Assembly: GCA_036172245.1 (NCBI GenBank)
Contig: JAYWIR010000017.1
Location: 744,001 to 808,000 of the forward strand
DNA length: 64,000 nucleotides
Direction of reading: 5' to 3'
Origin: Raillietiella orientalis
Taxonomy: Eukaryota
A program made the position numbers and the translations under genes. The number at the start of each line of letters is the position of its first letter. Position 1 is the first letter of the stretch. The notes under the pieces were generated by a model. The model was not told where the DNA came from. It did no database searches and was given only the letters and a program-made list of their open reading frames with translations. Shown here piece by piece: positions 1-13,896 of the stretch.

Positions 1-1480
1 TTTATATTCCGGAGAATCTACGTGTTCCTCCCGCTGCCCGTGTAAGACCCCTTGTCCTTTGAAGATTCTCTGTTTTATCAAGGCTAGAAGTGAGCTACAG
101 AGGGATCAGGGGCTAGGTTCCCGCCGCACAGAGCAATCTCGGTCGCGAGACACCCCTCAAAATCTCTGTTTTGGACAGGGCCACGGCTCCTGCTTATTCG
201 GGAACCAGGACCAGCATGAGACAGCATCCACGCCACATGCTCCCCGCATCCTTCTCGCTCCGCGTATCGACGGACGATTATTCTGCGTAATTCTTCTGCC
301 TTTCTCGGAGGCCTTCCGAAACCTAAGAATCAATCCCCTTGGGTTTCCCATTGACACCCAGGACAAGTGCACGCGGATCGGAGACCGCCACCGATCCGTG
401 GTACTGCTTCATTGAGGTGCTACTCTTGTTCCACCTTCCCGCTACTATCTGCTGCACCTTATCTATGGGGGCTGGACATGCCTTTCGAAAAAGGAAAAGC
501 GTCTCAGAAAGCTTCCTTCTGAAGGGTCTCCTTCTCCTAAGCTGTCCGAGGACAACCTTCGTTTCTAGCTGAGATCCCAGGAAGAGCTCGTCCTTGCAGG
601 ATCTGTGTTCTCATGGAGCGCTCGAAAGCACACTGCACGTCAGAGGTGAGGGAACCACTCGTCGTTTGGGAGGTGCTCCTCCAGATGGCGATCGGATTCT
701 CATGCTCGTCTCAGGTCGCTTTTCTCATCCCTATTCAGTGTTTCGTTCTGTGAATTCGATCCTGTGGAATCACTCTTCCTGGTGAGCTTCTGTATCACTC
801 TCTTCTCTCTCCGCAGGAAGGAATTTCCTCTGTGAAAACAAGCATAGTGGAGCACCAGAGAGCATGCTCGCGAGGGCACCGGCGGAGAATGATTCATGAC
901 TGGTTGGATGGATTCCTTGTGTGAAGAGTGAGCAATAATGAAGAGGGAAAAGGTGGAGCCCTCTAGAGACCTCAAAAGAACCAGAAAGGCAAGCAGCGCA
1001 GTGGACTCCACAGTGCGCCTCTTAGATCTTTTGGAATCGGGAAGAGACTCCCAGGCTCCCAGGAGAGAGGCTGCTGACTTGGCAGCGCAGAGGCAGGAGG
1101 AGGCACGGCGGTTGTCTGAAAAATTAAAAAAGAGTCACGGTGGAGGCAGATGTGATGTGTTCTATAGATTTGAAAAGAAAGGAAAAGTCGACAGTGAAGG
1201 GGTGCGCATCAGTAGTCTCGCAGAAAGAGTCTCTCAGGTAGTGCCTGCAAACTGCGCCCCCGAAAAAAGAAGGAATCGAGGTGTGGATGTTCCGAGAGAA
1301 AAAGAAAAAGAAATGTGGCTAATGACATGGAGGGATAAGGATCATGCTATTCACCCGCCTGGAACTAGTAAATTCCTTGTCTTGTCTGCTAACTGCTTCG
1401 TAGCGTGCTTCTGCACCCTACTGTCTGTAGCGTCCATAGCTATTGACAGAAGAGGAGTAGGAAGTGGAAAAAGACGGTGA
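1..1480 (-). mobile_element. Decayed RLE-type (NeSL/Utopia-like) non-LTR retrotransposon fragment, N-terminal region into start of RT; runs off window start
   Basis: Minus-strand translation near 100-220 gives GPGSRISRSRGPVQNRDFEGCLATEI, resembling the PGPDRI..DPEG..LA.IF start of NeSL/Utopia RT. GC-rich, broken by stops and frameshifts, similar in character to fragments at 29-34, 43-45 and 51-52 kb. Boundaries approximate. Confidence 0.5.
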
Positions 1481-1760
1481 TATCCTATTTTCTTCTTCTT
1501 TCACTGTGGTGTTCTGCTCTTTGTAATGACCTAATAAAATGTCGACACAAATGATACGCCAGAGTTAGAACTATCTGAGGATGCTTGGGATAGGTTGGTC
1601 GTTGATGAAGTTGTATCAAAAATTTGCGAGCTTAGCGTTAGTGTTAAGCATCAAATGAGTTTCTTGAAAGAAGAGAGTCAAAATAGGAGAGAAAAGAGAG
1701 GAAAGGAAGGCACAAGCCACAGAAAAGGGAGCCTTATTCTTAAGCTACTTATATCTCTTG

Positions 1761-1809
1761 TATCTATTATCTGTATCTATCTATCTATCTATTATCATCT
1801 CTATTATCT
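1761..1809. repeat. Imperfect (TCTA)n low-complexity microsatellite
   Basis: tatctattatctgtatctatctatctatctattatcatctctattatct. Confidence 0.6.
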
Positions 1810-1929
1810 TGGTCTCTTTAGTCTCGGCAAAGGGTCCTTAGTATATAAAGGCACTGACACCGTGCATGACAGATCCATCAGTAGTCACCTTCACGAAGCA
1901 CTCACTCATCAATAACTTCAGATTTCACC

Positions 1930-2260
1930 ACAGGGGCGTTGCATGGGTAATATTAGCTTGCTCTCTTAATAGAATAAATGACAGGACTTCAAGGGGTTCC
2001 TGATTTCATGCATTGATAATGGTTTTCAATCAGATAATAGATCATGTTGTTTTTGCTTACATTTGGCTATTAAAATTTATGTAAAAGATGGAAGACTAGA
2101 TGTCCATTCCATCAGATTACTAAGAGAGCTTCCACTATCTCCTTATCCTGTACATTCCTACTTTATGAGAGATGTTTCGCTCTAGTCTTCCAATGCGTAT
2201 CCCAGGAGTACTGAATGCTCCAGCAGACCACTTCCGTTACGAGATGTTCTGCTTGCTTCC
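1930..2260 (+). mobile_element. Possible DIRS-like retrotransposon RNase H remnant
   Basis: RIPGVLNAPADHFR in ORF 2172-2375 resembles the HIPG..N..AD.LSR motif; an upstream LISCIDN resembles the V.I..DN motif. Heavily degraded. Confidence 0.35.
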
Positions 2261-4285
2261 TGAAATTTCAATACCTTCTAGATCTCCTCATTCCTCGGCT
2301 TCAGAGAGACTCGGGTCAGTCATGGAGCTTTGGCTGAAAGGAAGGATGTACGAAATTTTTAGAGATCAGCAATAACAATTGGAATTTTTGCAACAATTTC
2401 AGCCATCCATTTAGGAGATTTCGAGAATTGTCACATAAAAAATACGATGTAGAAATCTCAGTAGTGGTAATGGAAGCTTTGTTTTCTGTAGCTTTGCCCT
2501 TCGTAAATAACCGAAACAATTTTTTCCCATCGTTCCGACTTTTGAAAAAAAAATTGTTCTCACCTTCATTTGATTTTTATGGCTAATCTCTTCAGAATAG
2601 TTTACACGCTCGGATTTTCAGCTGTTGGAATTCTTTTAGTTCCATTAAAATGAAAAATGGTATCTTTCCAGTTTGTTTTAGAAGTAGTTGGAAAGCACTA
2701 CATTATTTGGGTGTATAATATCCTTCAAATACTAATATATGTGGCATATGTGATATTTGTGGACTACTGAATGGATATAATTAACAACTATGATGAGAAG
2801 CAAATAAAAACTAACAAATAAGACTAATTGAAGAGTTCTTTATTTAATGTCGCATTAGTTCAATACTTCAATGGAAGAGAAGAAAACAGCAAAGCCACAC
2901 ACACAAACCCCACTCTTAACAACCACATTCTAATATGAGATACATGCATACATGCATAGTATCGATAGATTTAAGCCATACTACTTATTTAAAACTAGAA
3001 TTATGTTTACTGATTGATGAACATTATCAGTCCACAGAATATCCGAAGGTTCCAAGTGCGTGTAATGAATGCTAAGTATTGTACCAATGTTAGGCTTGGT
3101 AATAACATTGATCTAAAAAAACATATGCGAAAAATTGCACTAAATAAAAGCATTGCCTGCTTCTATTTAATTTCGTGCATCCACCCTTCGCCCCAGTGAA
3201 TGGAATATACCATTATAGTTGCTGAGTCCTTTGGGGTCTTTTGGAAACACAATCAGGGTTTGCTCACGATGAAATTGTTTAAATCTGCAAGGAAAGTTCT
3301 TCAGCTGGAAACTTTGAATCTGTCTTCATTTGTGAACAGTAAACTGTGTTTGGTTAAACATGAGAAGTTAAATCATAAGAATGAGAGTTTCATCAATTAC
3401 TTTTACGCGTGATTGGAGACGGTTACGTTAGTGGCATCGTATATTAAAGAAATTGCAAACTTGAAACGTAAAAAAAAGAAAAAGCCCATACAAAATCGAG
3501 AACTCAATTCTATGTTACCAGTCGTGGAGCTGACATTCATTTTTCAAGTATTTCCAAAAAATTCTTGTTAAGTATTCCTTAAGCAAGGCTTTGGGATAAA
3601 AAATTTTAGATTCCTTAAAAAAGAAAGAGACACACACACACGACCTTACAAATTCTCAATTAAAACTTAGTTCTTTCCTGAAGTAATTATTTTTCACGTG
3701 GATTGTTTCGTCACATTTTCCTGTATCTAATTCATTTATCTCATTTGATATCTTTCCTACGATCATTTGATAATCGCCGGATAAACTCCAGGTGCGGATT
3801 GCATGCGAAAGTATCAGGAAATAGGTGACCATTTGTTCACGTATACTTGTGAAGACGCTGAGAAGAATCTTCTCCACTGGTGTGCTGCACTGGTGCTATG
3901 CATTTTCTGGTGAACGCTTTACAGTGCAATTATTGCTTTTAAAGCAGTTCAACTATTTTTAATTTCACATATTAATACTGCTGGCAACTTGCTGTCTGTA
4001 CCGATGTAATACCGATGTAATAGCATAAAGTAATAGTTTCTCTTTTTATGTGTAGTGCTTTTTAATTTAGGTTTATACTCTCTTTTCACAAGGCCCTATA
4101 ACCTTACTCTTAAGGTTCATGCAACTGAAGATGAGAACAGTCATTTCAGTAACTTCAGTATGAGGTGGGGCACAAATACCTGCATTGAATGTTTGGAAGT
4201 ATTCTAATAAATACTGTTCCCTCTAGATATGAGAGAGTAATCAAACCTTTTTAAATAATATGCGTTTGTAATGCCATTTGCATAA

Positions 4286-7200
4286 ATGAATTGCCATCAG
4301 ATTTTGACTGGTGCATGCAATGAGGGAGAAAAAACATTTTCCATTGGCAGTGTTGAAGGAATCCCATTTGTGGTAAGTTTTTGTGAAATTTTTGGCAAAA
4401 CTATGAAAAACGTGTGATGATATTTATTGATGCACAGCACTTCGGAAAATTGGATTATTATTGTATTAATTCTGTCAGGAATATTCCAGTCAAATTGCTT
4501 GAAGTATCATGTGTTAGGTGGATACTTTAAACTATCCTACGTGAAAGTTAGCCTTTTCTGAGTTTATTCCTGTTCTGTATTGTTTTGGCCAATTGATTGT
4601 CCAAAATTTCCGGAAAATAAGAGATCCATTTGTTTCATGAGCTGAGTAGCATTTGATTCAAATGATATGCATTTAATCATATCTTGTCCTTATAAAAAAT
4701 TATTGGTACTATTTCAGGCCTATGCTGCAGGTTGCAATCTTGTTATACTGTCTAGCTCATTTGATCGTGTACAGATTATCCCTGGAGTTGTTTATGCCAA
4801 TGTTCAAATCAGCTGTGTGGATTGCTCTCGAGATAGTGGCAAATTAGCAGCTGTCTATGCAGACATGGTGTGTGTCTTTGAGCCTACTCCATTATTGGAA
4901 CATCATAATACCCATGTGAGGAATATAATGGATTTGTATTTGCTATGTTGAACAATACTCAGGATCTCAATTATCGCTGGATGCTTACAGGAAAACTAAC
5001 AGCTGCTTGCCCTGTCCTGTGTGTAAGCTGGATTCTTGAAGGTGATCATTTAGTTACAGCAGGGAGCACTTTGCAGCTTTGGGAAGTCAGTGTGTTCCAT
5101 TTGGTGAACCAAGATACAAAGGGTAAGTTTGTAAAGTAACTTGGATCATGGCAAATGCTTTTCCAGTGGAAAATAGAGTGCATTTTGCTATTGGAGAAGA
5201 CAGTGCATCTATAAATGACCAGGAAACCACTTGGACTTGTATCTGGCAAATGCAACCTGCCACTCCAGTGTACCATCTTGCAGCTTCTCCAGATGGCCAC
5301 TTGTTTGCTACAGCTGGTCAGAGTGATCGATTAGTAAAAGTGTGGTTCCAGTGCAGTGGAGGTAAGTGAATGAATTGGAATTGGAGAACTAAGAATTTGC
5401 CTTTAGGTTGGTTGAGTCAAAGTGCTGAAACACCTTCTTTATATCTTGACTATGTGTATCTTGCTCATCCAAGGGCTGTAACAGGATTTGAGTGGAGACA
5501 CACTAGCAAATATCTGCCTCGTGGATTAGTAGCAAATATGCTCTTAACAAATTGCCGTGACAACATTACTCGCTTATGGGTAGAAAATCTAAATAGTGAG
5601 GAAGATAATGCATCCATTCAAGGGCTTAACCGCCCTGGTGTGTCTGATTCTTTTCTTGGTCATCATCCTAAACATCGTTTATTTCATCGCTTGAGACATA
5701 TGAAGTATACATGCCGATGTCTGAAGTGCTGACACTTGCTAGGACCTGTTTTCAGTTTCGGCGCCGTAAAATGAGGCTGGATCCTTGTCCTCTTCCTTCT
5801 GCCTTAAGTCCCCACGATCTTCATTGGGGACCAAATCTACCACTTGTTGGGGGAACACTCATGCATATGTATTTGGCAGCTAGCTTGAGTGCTTTGGATA
5901 TACCCTTGGTGCCCTCAATAGGGCAACACTTGCTATTGCTCCACTGGCTGCCAAACAAAGAACTGACGTTCACTCAAGAGGCAGAGAAACTTTTGGAAAG
6001 CAGTGTGCAGCAGCCAGGCTATGAGAACCACAAGAGTAAGTTTGTCATGTATTGCAGTCATTTGAATTGTTTATTGTAGGTGCCAGTGGTGCAAGCATGG
6101 ACAGTAGTGAAGAGATATCAGACCATGGGATGAATAGGTAAGCAAAGCCAATCTTGTATCTTATGATATCTTTAGCACTTGGTTGGATACATGGCATCGG
6201 CAAATGGAGGCCCTCTTGCATGACTGGCATAGTGGAGCAGATTTGCTATTTGCTATTCATCCAGTGGATGGCAGCTTGCTAGTGTGGATCGTAGATTTTT
6301 TAGACGAGTGGCAAGCTGGTTGTATTCGACAAGCAAAATTGGCTCTTTCACCTCGTATCCCAGCAGCTTTCCCTTTGACAGATGCAGGCAGCTTGCTTCC
6401 AAATATAGGCTTGTATGCTCCCAGCAGTCCTAAACATGAAGGTCCTGCTTGTTTGCTTCTTCCTCTTCTCTGCATAGTTACCAAACATGAAAATGGGTCT
6501 TTGAATCTTTGGAACTTAACTTTTTCCGAAGGATCTAACTATACACAGGTTGGAGGGACACGTTTTGACAAGTCTCTAATTAAAGGTTTTAGGTGTTGGG
6601 ACTGGGACATGTGGCCAGAGTGTGTGGTCATCGATTTCAAGTAAAGCATATTATGTGTCATCCTATTCTACCTTTGCTGTTGACCACTTCCCATTATGCC
6701 TGTGCAAAAGCAGGTGGTGGAAACACTATGTATTGCAGTGAACTAATTTTGTGGAAGGTGGATACTGTGGGTCCGCTAGGCAAATCAGGAGGTGTCTCTG
6801 AGCTAGCTCGTATTGATTCCCCAGAACTTGCTGCATTTCAAAGTTGTGCATGGGTACCTATACTCCTCCCTAATACTTGCTTGGGTATTCCTTGCAAATC
6901 TCCCATTGCATGCTTTGTGGCTTCTGATGGTCAGTCCCTCCGATTGTTCCAAGCTGTTCTAGATGCACATGAAGTTCTATCCACTGTTGGCCTGCAGCAC
7001 ACTCAGGTTTCAAGTCCAAGAACATCTTCTAGTAGTCTGGACACTAGTTCTCCTGATCTTCCAAATGCTGTTCATGATGTTGCAGCCTTACAGATTGTTT
7101 CCCAACAATCTACATCCCGCCCTGGTGCCATAATTGCTTTAGATACTAGTTTGGCCTCTTTGAACTGCTCAGGGAATATTGAGCTGCTTATTGTGTTTCC

Positions 7201-10200
7201 AAAGCAACTGATCACCAGGGAAAAACTCAAACCTGGTTTGTCTGCAGCTTTCGTAAATAGTCTTTCAGTTGCAAACATGGAGGAGACTTTCTATGTTGTT
7301 GCAGCTGAAAAGGATGCAACAGGAATGTTCTTGCACACATGGCAACTGCAAGTGTGCTCCAATCAGGCCCCAAGTTGTTCCTTATCCATGTCAAGCAGTA
7401 AATTGCAAGCTGAGAGATTGCCTCTTCCTTCAGGTGTAGAAGTCATTCAGATTGTACCTGCTGCTGGTCATTTAAGTTCTGCATCTATTGATCCAGCGTG
7501 CTGTACCTCTTATTTGCTTTGTACTGCTTGTTCTGATAGTGCTATTCGTCTCTGGACCTGTATATTCGAGCCTCAGTTGGAATGGCTTGAATGGGGGTTT
7601 AATGCAGAACAACCAGCCATCAAAATTCCTGGGAGACCATTACATGTTAGTGTAGCATATAGTGGCCGTTTGGGATGTGCATACAAAGCAGATAATTCAT
7701 CTCCAACATCCCTTCAGGAAGGAGACACTACCTACGTTAATCTCTGTGTAGCCATTTTTGAGTGCGAGTCTTCTGGAGGACTGGAATGGGTGCAGGAAGA
7801 TATCATTCTGCTTGCTAATGTGCAGCTACCTTTAGTGTCGCCTGCACAAGGACTTGACCTTTCCTATTTGCAATCAAACAAACAAGCAATGCATGCCCAT
7901 GCTGCCAATCACTCAGTGGATGGACTGAGTCATTGTTTAGTATCAGTGCCCAGCAGCAGTACACTGCATACTCTGAGACGAGTAGTAGAGGCAGGAGAGC
8001 ATGCTTCTCCTCTTACACCACGCTATTTGATACAGTTAGATTGGGTATCTTGTGAAGACGGCTGTCATATCTTGACCATAGCTGTTGGAGATCGCATTCT
8101 TTTGTACTCACCCATGGCAGGTGGTTTAGCCCAGAAAAATGTGAAAGCTATGAGCTCTCCTCGAGCTGTATTACGAAAAGCATCATCTGTCTATGAAGGA
8201 GAAATCAGTCCTCCTTCCACTGTTCATTGGGTTCGCCTCAGAACCATTCACTTGACAAGTGCTGATCTACTTTCCCCTCTCCCTATGCAAATGTCCTGGG
8301 TGAGAAGTGGCATCTTAGTGGTGGGCATGGATAATGAAATGCATGTGTATTCCCAATGGAAACCTTATCTGGAAATGAGTAGTAGCATATCTTCATCAAG
8401 CATGGGCTCTCACTGTCTCACCAATTTGGAACTGGCTAGTTTGGCACCACAAACATCTTTTCACAAAATTGCTAAGGCAAGTAGTAGTACCTTCCAATTG
8501 AATCGGCTCTCCTGTAATTCCGATGATAAAGGTGAGCCCTGGTCATTATGCTATCCTTATGTTGTGTCTAGTTATTTCCAACAAAGTTCAGGAAGCTACC
8601 CTTCCTGATTATGGACTCTTCCAGTCCAGCTATCAGATGTGTCCAACTCTCCCACAATACCATCCAAAGCAGCTAATGGAACTACTGATTTCAGGAAAGG
8701 TGCATTACGTACGGGTGATTCTTAACAACTTGGTGAGGTTTGTGGCTTACTGGTCATCGTCCAGGGTTTTACTCCTTCCAATAGATATTTGATGCAGGAA
8801 AGTGGCTCTTCAAATGAAGAGGAAGGTCCTTCAGTTGAACCACAGAGATGTTTTCGTTCTCGTACTTTGTCTTTAACTGCTTCAACTGAGGGAGCCTACT
8901 CATTGTATCCAGATGAACTTGCCTTAGATTACATAGAATGTCATTGTGTTCCACCTGTCCCATTATGGACCCTTTTAGCAGTAGATAAGCAGCTCAGTCA
9001 AGCAAGCAAGACCTTGACAGATGACAAGTATAATGACTTGTTTGCTGATCAGCAGAAAAGCAGTAGCAGTTCAGAAGAATTTGAGAGTACATCAGAAGAC
9101 ACTCTTAAACCTCGACATTCTCTCGATCAGGCAGAACTATGGACTTTTGGATCACAGGATGCCTATACTTTGTCTTCTTTGCTCACACATACGCATCTAC
9201 CTGGTGTCTCTAGTGTAGACCAAATGCATTTACTAGCCTTGGCTGACACTGTTGCTTCTTGCCAAGGTGCAGATGATCCTTCTTATCGGTCTCTAGATGA
9301 TTGTGGACTCCGGTTCTCACTTGCTTTGCGTCATCATTACTATTTGTTGCGCTGTCTGCCTTTGGCCCAAAGAACTCAGTTGCAGCGCAATGGCATGGCA
9401 CCTGCCAGCTTTATTTGGGCTTTTCACTCCAACCAATCCGAGGAATTATTGCAGTTACTCCCCCGATTCTCCCGGAATACGCTTAAGTGGGAAGACTTGA
9501 AAGAAGTTGGTGTAGGTTGGTGGCTTCGTAATGGAGCTGAATTGCAAAAGTGCATAGAGATGCTTGCTAAGAGTGCATTCCAGGAAAATCAGGATCCATT
9601 AGATGCTGCTCTGTTTTATTTGTGTCTCAAGAAGAAATCTTTGTTAACTGCACTCTTCCGTTCTGTTCGAGATGAACGAATGGCCAACTTCTTTAGCAAT
9701 GATTTCACAGTGCCTCGTTGGACAAAAGCTGCTCTCAGCAATGCATTTGCCCTTATCGGAAAACAGCGTTTTCAACAAGCAGCAGCCTTCTTTCTGCTAG
9801 CAGGTGCTGTTGATGATGCAGTGCAAGTTTGTTTGGAAAAGCTGGAAGACATCCAGATGGCACTAGTTATTTTGCGTTTGCATGGGAGCAGTAATGGTGA
9901 TTCCAGTCCATCACATTTCCAGCATCTGTTGCAAAATGTAAGTTTCATTTTAATTGTTGAATCAGCATCTATGACACATGTAGGAAATACTAGGGATGAA
10001 TCAAGGTCTACAGCATGCCCACCCTGATCCATTCTTACGCTCCATGGCACATTGGTTTCTTGGAGACTATGTGGCTAGTTTGAATACGTTGCTAATGACC
10101 AATGTGGGTCAGGATCACAGTTGGGCTACAACTCATGAGAAAGAGCGGGCCTTGGGAGCTATATACCACCCCAGTGTATTTAGTTTCTACACATATCTGC

Positions 10201-13200
10201 ATACACACCCTTTGGTCATACGGCAGCGCCAAATCAGCTGCCACCCACAAGTAAGTAGCATTAAGGGAAGAGCAATCTTCAGAGTCTCCAGAGTGCTCCC
10301 ATCACTTACCTGGAGCGGAGATTGTACTTTAGTACAGCTCTGTCCAATCTCCGGTCTGGTTGCCCAAGTTTGGCCCTTGAAGTACTCAACAAGCTGCCTC
10401 AGCACAGCATTGATAAGTTGAGTTTGTCAGCAGTCAAAAGTGAACAATCTGCAGGGGCACTGGACTCAATGGCTCAACAGCTTAAGTTTATTGCCTGCCT
10501 GCACATTCTGACAGAAGAGCTAGGTAGCCTGTGTGCTTTCTCACAAATCAATGGAGGGCAGTTGCGGTGTGAGCTGCAATTTTGGTTGGAGAATGAAGTA
10601 GAGGCTCTACATCAGTTGTGTGGCTTTGGTAGACCAGAATACAATCAACAGCAGGGTGATTTTGGTCTGCAATATTGAGAACAATTCTCATGTTTCATTT
10701 TTCAGAAATAAAAAGCAAAGCTGCTTCTTTGCTGCAAGAGGACAATCCATCCTTGCATAGTGTTCTTCTGGCAGATCAGGAAGTTTTTACGGCTAGACTC
10801 CAACATGCTACAAAGCGTAGACAGTGGCTGTGTGAAAATCAAACACTGCTACGTACCTTACTGAATTTTTGTGGACTCCATGGAGCATCTGGGAGTACAC
10901 TGCTTCCTATTCGTATGGAACTCATGTTTCTTTTGCAAGAATTGTATCAGGAAAGAGGCCAGCACCAACTATTAAGCAGTCCGTTGCCCATTCCTACCAC
11001 ATTTCCCTTAGTTGTTTCTTGCCTCAGTCATAGCAAAGGATGTTTAGATGATCCTATCAAACAGCTGCAGTCAATGATATCAGACCTTATGCATAGTATT
11101 TTGTCAATTACTCAGCCTCCCTTGCCCACCCAATCTCTTCTGCCAGTTGTACTTTTATTGCGTGATCTGAGTTTGGCTCTCTCCTCTTGCATTCATCAGT
11201 CATTGTCATTGTGTGATACAAACAACCAGCTTTCAGAAACACATCATCTATCCCTTATTCGTTCTTCGTATTTAATCCATCTACCCCAGGGCAGTGATTT
11301 TAGTTTAGGTTCTGAACTACCAAAAGTAACCTCATCTCCATTACGTTGGCCAGGTGTCTCACCTCTGCTAGCTTTGTTGGCTCAAGCTCAGGATGAAGAT
11401 AGTCCTAATCTTTGTGCATTGCTTTGGGAGGCTTTTGTTGCTATCTATATGTCTTTTTTGATCTGCGCCATAGTTACATGTGACTGCTACACTCTATATA
11501 GACTGGTTGCCAAGCCCATCACAGGAGATACATGGGCAGCTCTTTTTGGGGGAGCAGGGCAAGTCAGTTTAAATGTGGAAACCAATTCCATTCAACCAGA
11601 GAGGAACAACACGGTTCCAAACACTCATAGACAGAGAGCAAAATTGAATCTACGTTTACTTGGTCCTGTTATTTCCAGTCAAACTCAAAAAGTGCAGAGG
11701 TCTATTTACCGGGAAGTCTTTGTTCCACCCAAGTTTCCTGTGGCTGTATACCTCATGCAGAAGGTAAGGTAGATTTGTTAGAATGATGGATCTTAGCAGC
11801 AAGATATCTAGCCTTTTCTGGGAGCAGAGCTAGCTGATGTGGATTATGACTCAGATGAATGTAGTTCAGATGAAGAAGAGACAGATCAAAATTTAGAAGA
11901 ATCAGAACCACAGTGCACTGAAGGCACAAATCCACTATCCTATGCTTGGCATATTTTGCGTTATGCCACAGTTCGCATGTGTCGCCATCATTTGGAACGA
12001 TTCCTGACTACTTGTGGTCTAGAGTCTCATGAGGTGCCAGTGTCTAGTCAGTCTGTGCATGCAGTGCTTTGCCTATTGTCTCACTGGCTGGATGAAATGA
12101 AGGATCACCTTGATACTTTTGGTGGACCTCCCAAAGATTTTATCCCAGGATGCTGTGCTAATATTCCAGAAAGTGGTCCTATGATCCAAAAGTACTGCAC
12201 TATTCTAGAGCCTGAAAATACACCTTTTGCTGGAGATAAGCCATTGTCTCGATCACTAAAACGTCTGTGGCTCTACTTAGTACACCAGGACAATGTACAA
12301 GATATTTTCATTCGATACATTTTTGGTCAGCGTCGAGAAGAGTCCAATTATTTGGAAAGTCAGAGCAGCACTAGTAGTTTAGCTGAGCAACAAGTACCTT
12401 TTCGTATTCTGCACAAAGAGCCAGAACCTATCTCCAGCTTTTGTTTGAACCAGGTGAGTTGCATGCTAAACTATTTTAAAATCTCCAATTTTATCAGATT
12501 CAGCCATGCTTGCTGGCTGTGGCTGCTACACGGGAAGTCCAGGAGTTGGACATCAAATTGATGCTGGAGGTGGGGCTGCATCTCTCGTGGTTAGAGGATG
12601 AGAGTGAATTTGATATGCTCAATCTGCACCAGTGCGTGGCAACCCAACAGAGTCTTAGCTGACAGCCTTTTCAGAAATTCTGACAACTCAGCTTTATCCA
12701 GCTATTTACTGTTAGATGCCACAGGGGACCAGCTAACACGCAGCACCACCTGCAACTCTTTGCTTGGAACACTGAAATCTGGCCGAGGAACTAGCATGGT
12801 GAGCAAATTCATGCAGGAGATCAAAGTCATGTGTTTACAGGTGCTGAAGCGCAAATTAGAAGGAGTGCGTCACTTAGTATCTCATCCATTTCTACCCTTA
12901 TGTGAGTTCTTTCTTGTTATTCCACGTATGAAATCTATTAGATCTGAGTGGAGCGCAAGATGGTAGTGTACGTTTATGGGAATGGACCAACAGTACATCC
13001 TTGTCACAACTGAGAGGTGCAGGCTTTTATGCCAAAGTAATGCAGTTGCGATTCACCACACAAGGACACAAACTAGGAGTGGCTGATGGTGATGGGAATG
13101 TTTCTTTGTGGCAGTTGTCATCTACTAATGAAGACCCCCAACCTTTTTATGTAAGTCATTTCTATAAGACTGTCTGTCAGATCTTTCTTTTAGAGTCACA

Positions 13201-13896
13201 CTTGTCATAAAGTGACATCTGATTTTGTTTTCTTGGGTGCATCTAGCCTGCTGGCTACTGCAGGACAGAGTGCAGATGGTAGAAATGTAATTCTCTGGGA
13301 TACACTGCTTCCCCTGAAAAAAGCTGCTATTCAAGGCAAGTCAGGAGAAACATGTTTGGCAGGAATCTAGGGGGTGGTGTCAAAATATCTCTTGCTTGTT
13401 TGTAAGGGTTTTGTCCCATCCACAAAGCATACAGCTGGACAGGTGCTCTGTGCAGAAAGTCTAGGCTCAGAGTGTACACTCCCAGTATTCAACATCCCTT
13501 CCAGGTTTTACTCAGTTGGAGCAAGGAGCTACTTGCCTTCTGTATGCCCCTATGCATCAATTGCTGATCTGTAGCGGACGACGTGGCGAGGTGCTCTTCA
13601 TTGATCTACGCCAGCGAACTGTTTCCATGCAACTGCAAGCTCATCACAGTGCTATTCGCTGCATGGCATTAGATCCTCATGAAGACTTTTTTGTAACAGG
13701 CTGTGCTGATGGTAACATGAAGATGTGGAGCCTGTCCCTGCAGTCACTGCTGTACTCTTTTTTGGGAGAACACTCTAGAACTGGCTTTTTCAAGCATGGC
13801 AATCAGGGTGTTAGTCAAGTTCATGTAGACTCATCCAGACATCTTTTCTCCTGTGGCAGTGATGGTTCCTTAAAATTACGTCTACTTCCTGAGTAA
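4286..13896 (+). CDS. DMXL: DmX-like protein / rabconnectin-3 alpha (WD40 repeats plus Rav1p_C domain), about 2770 aa
   Basis: Starts MNCHQILTGACNEG; carries YLAHPRAVTGFEWR, LPQYHPKQLMELL, QDPLDAALFYL, AALSNAFALIGKQRF and C-terminal WD40s ending FSCGSDGSLKLRLLPE*. Exons: 4286-4372, 4718-4915, 4963-5122, 5167-5361, 5407-5704, 5743-6035, 6080-6137, 6176-6548, 6593-8531, 8572-8737, 8785-9937, 9984-10250, 10292-10655, 10706-11763, 11812-12453, 12498-12631, 12675-12798, 12841-12901, 12942-13150, 13194-13335, 13505-13896. Total 8313 nt = 2771 codons, phases consistent. Confidence 0.95.

Noticed and set aside
938..1480. 180-aa plus-strand ORF
   Set aside because: No recognisable domain; most likely an antisense shadow of the minus-strand retroelement relic.
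3999..4021. TACCGATGTAA direct repeat x2
   Set aside because: Simple local duplication with no spacer or further copies; not CRISPR-like.
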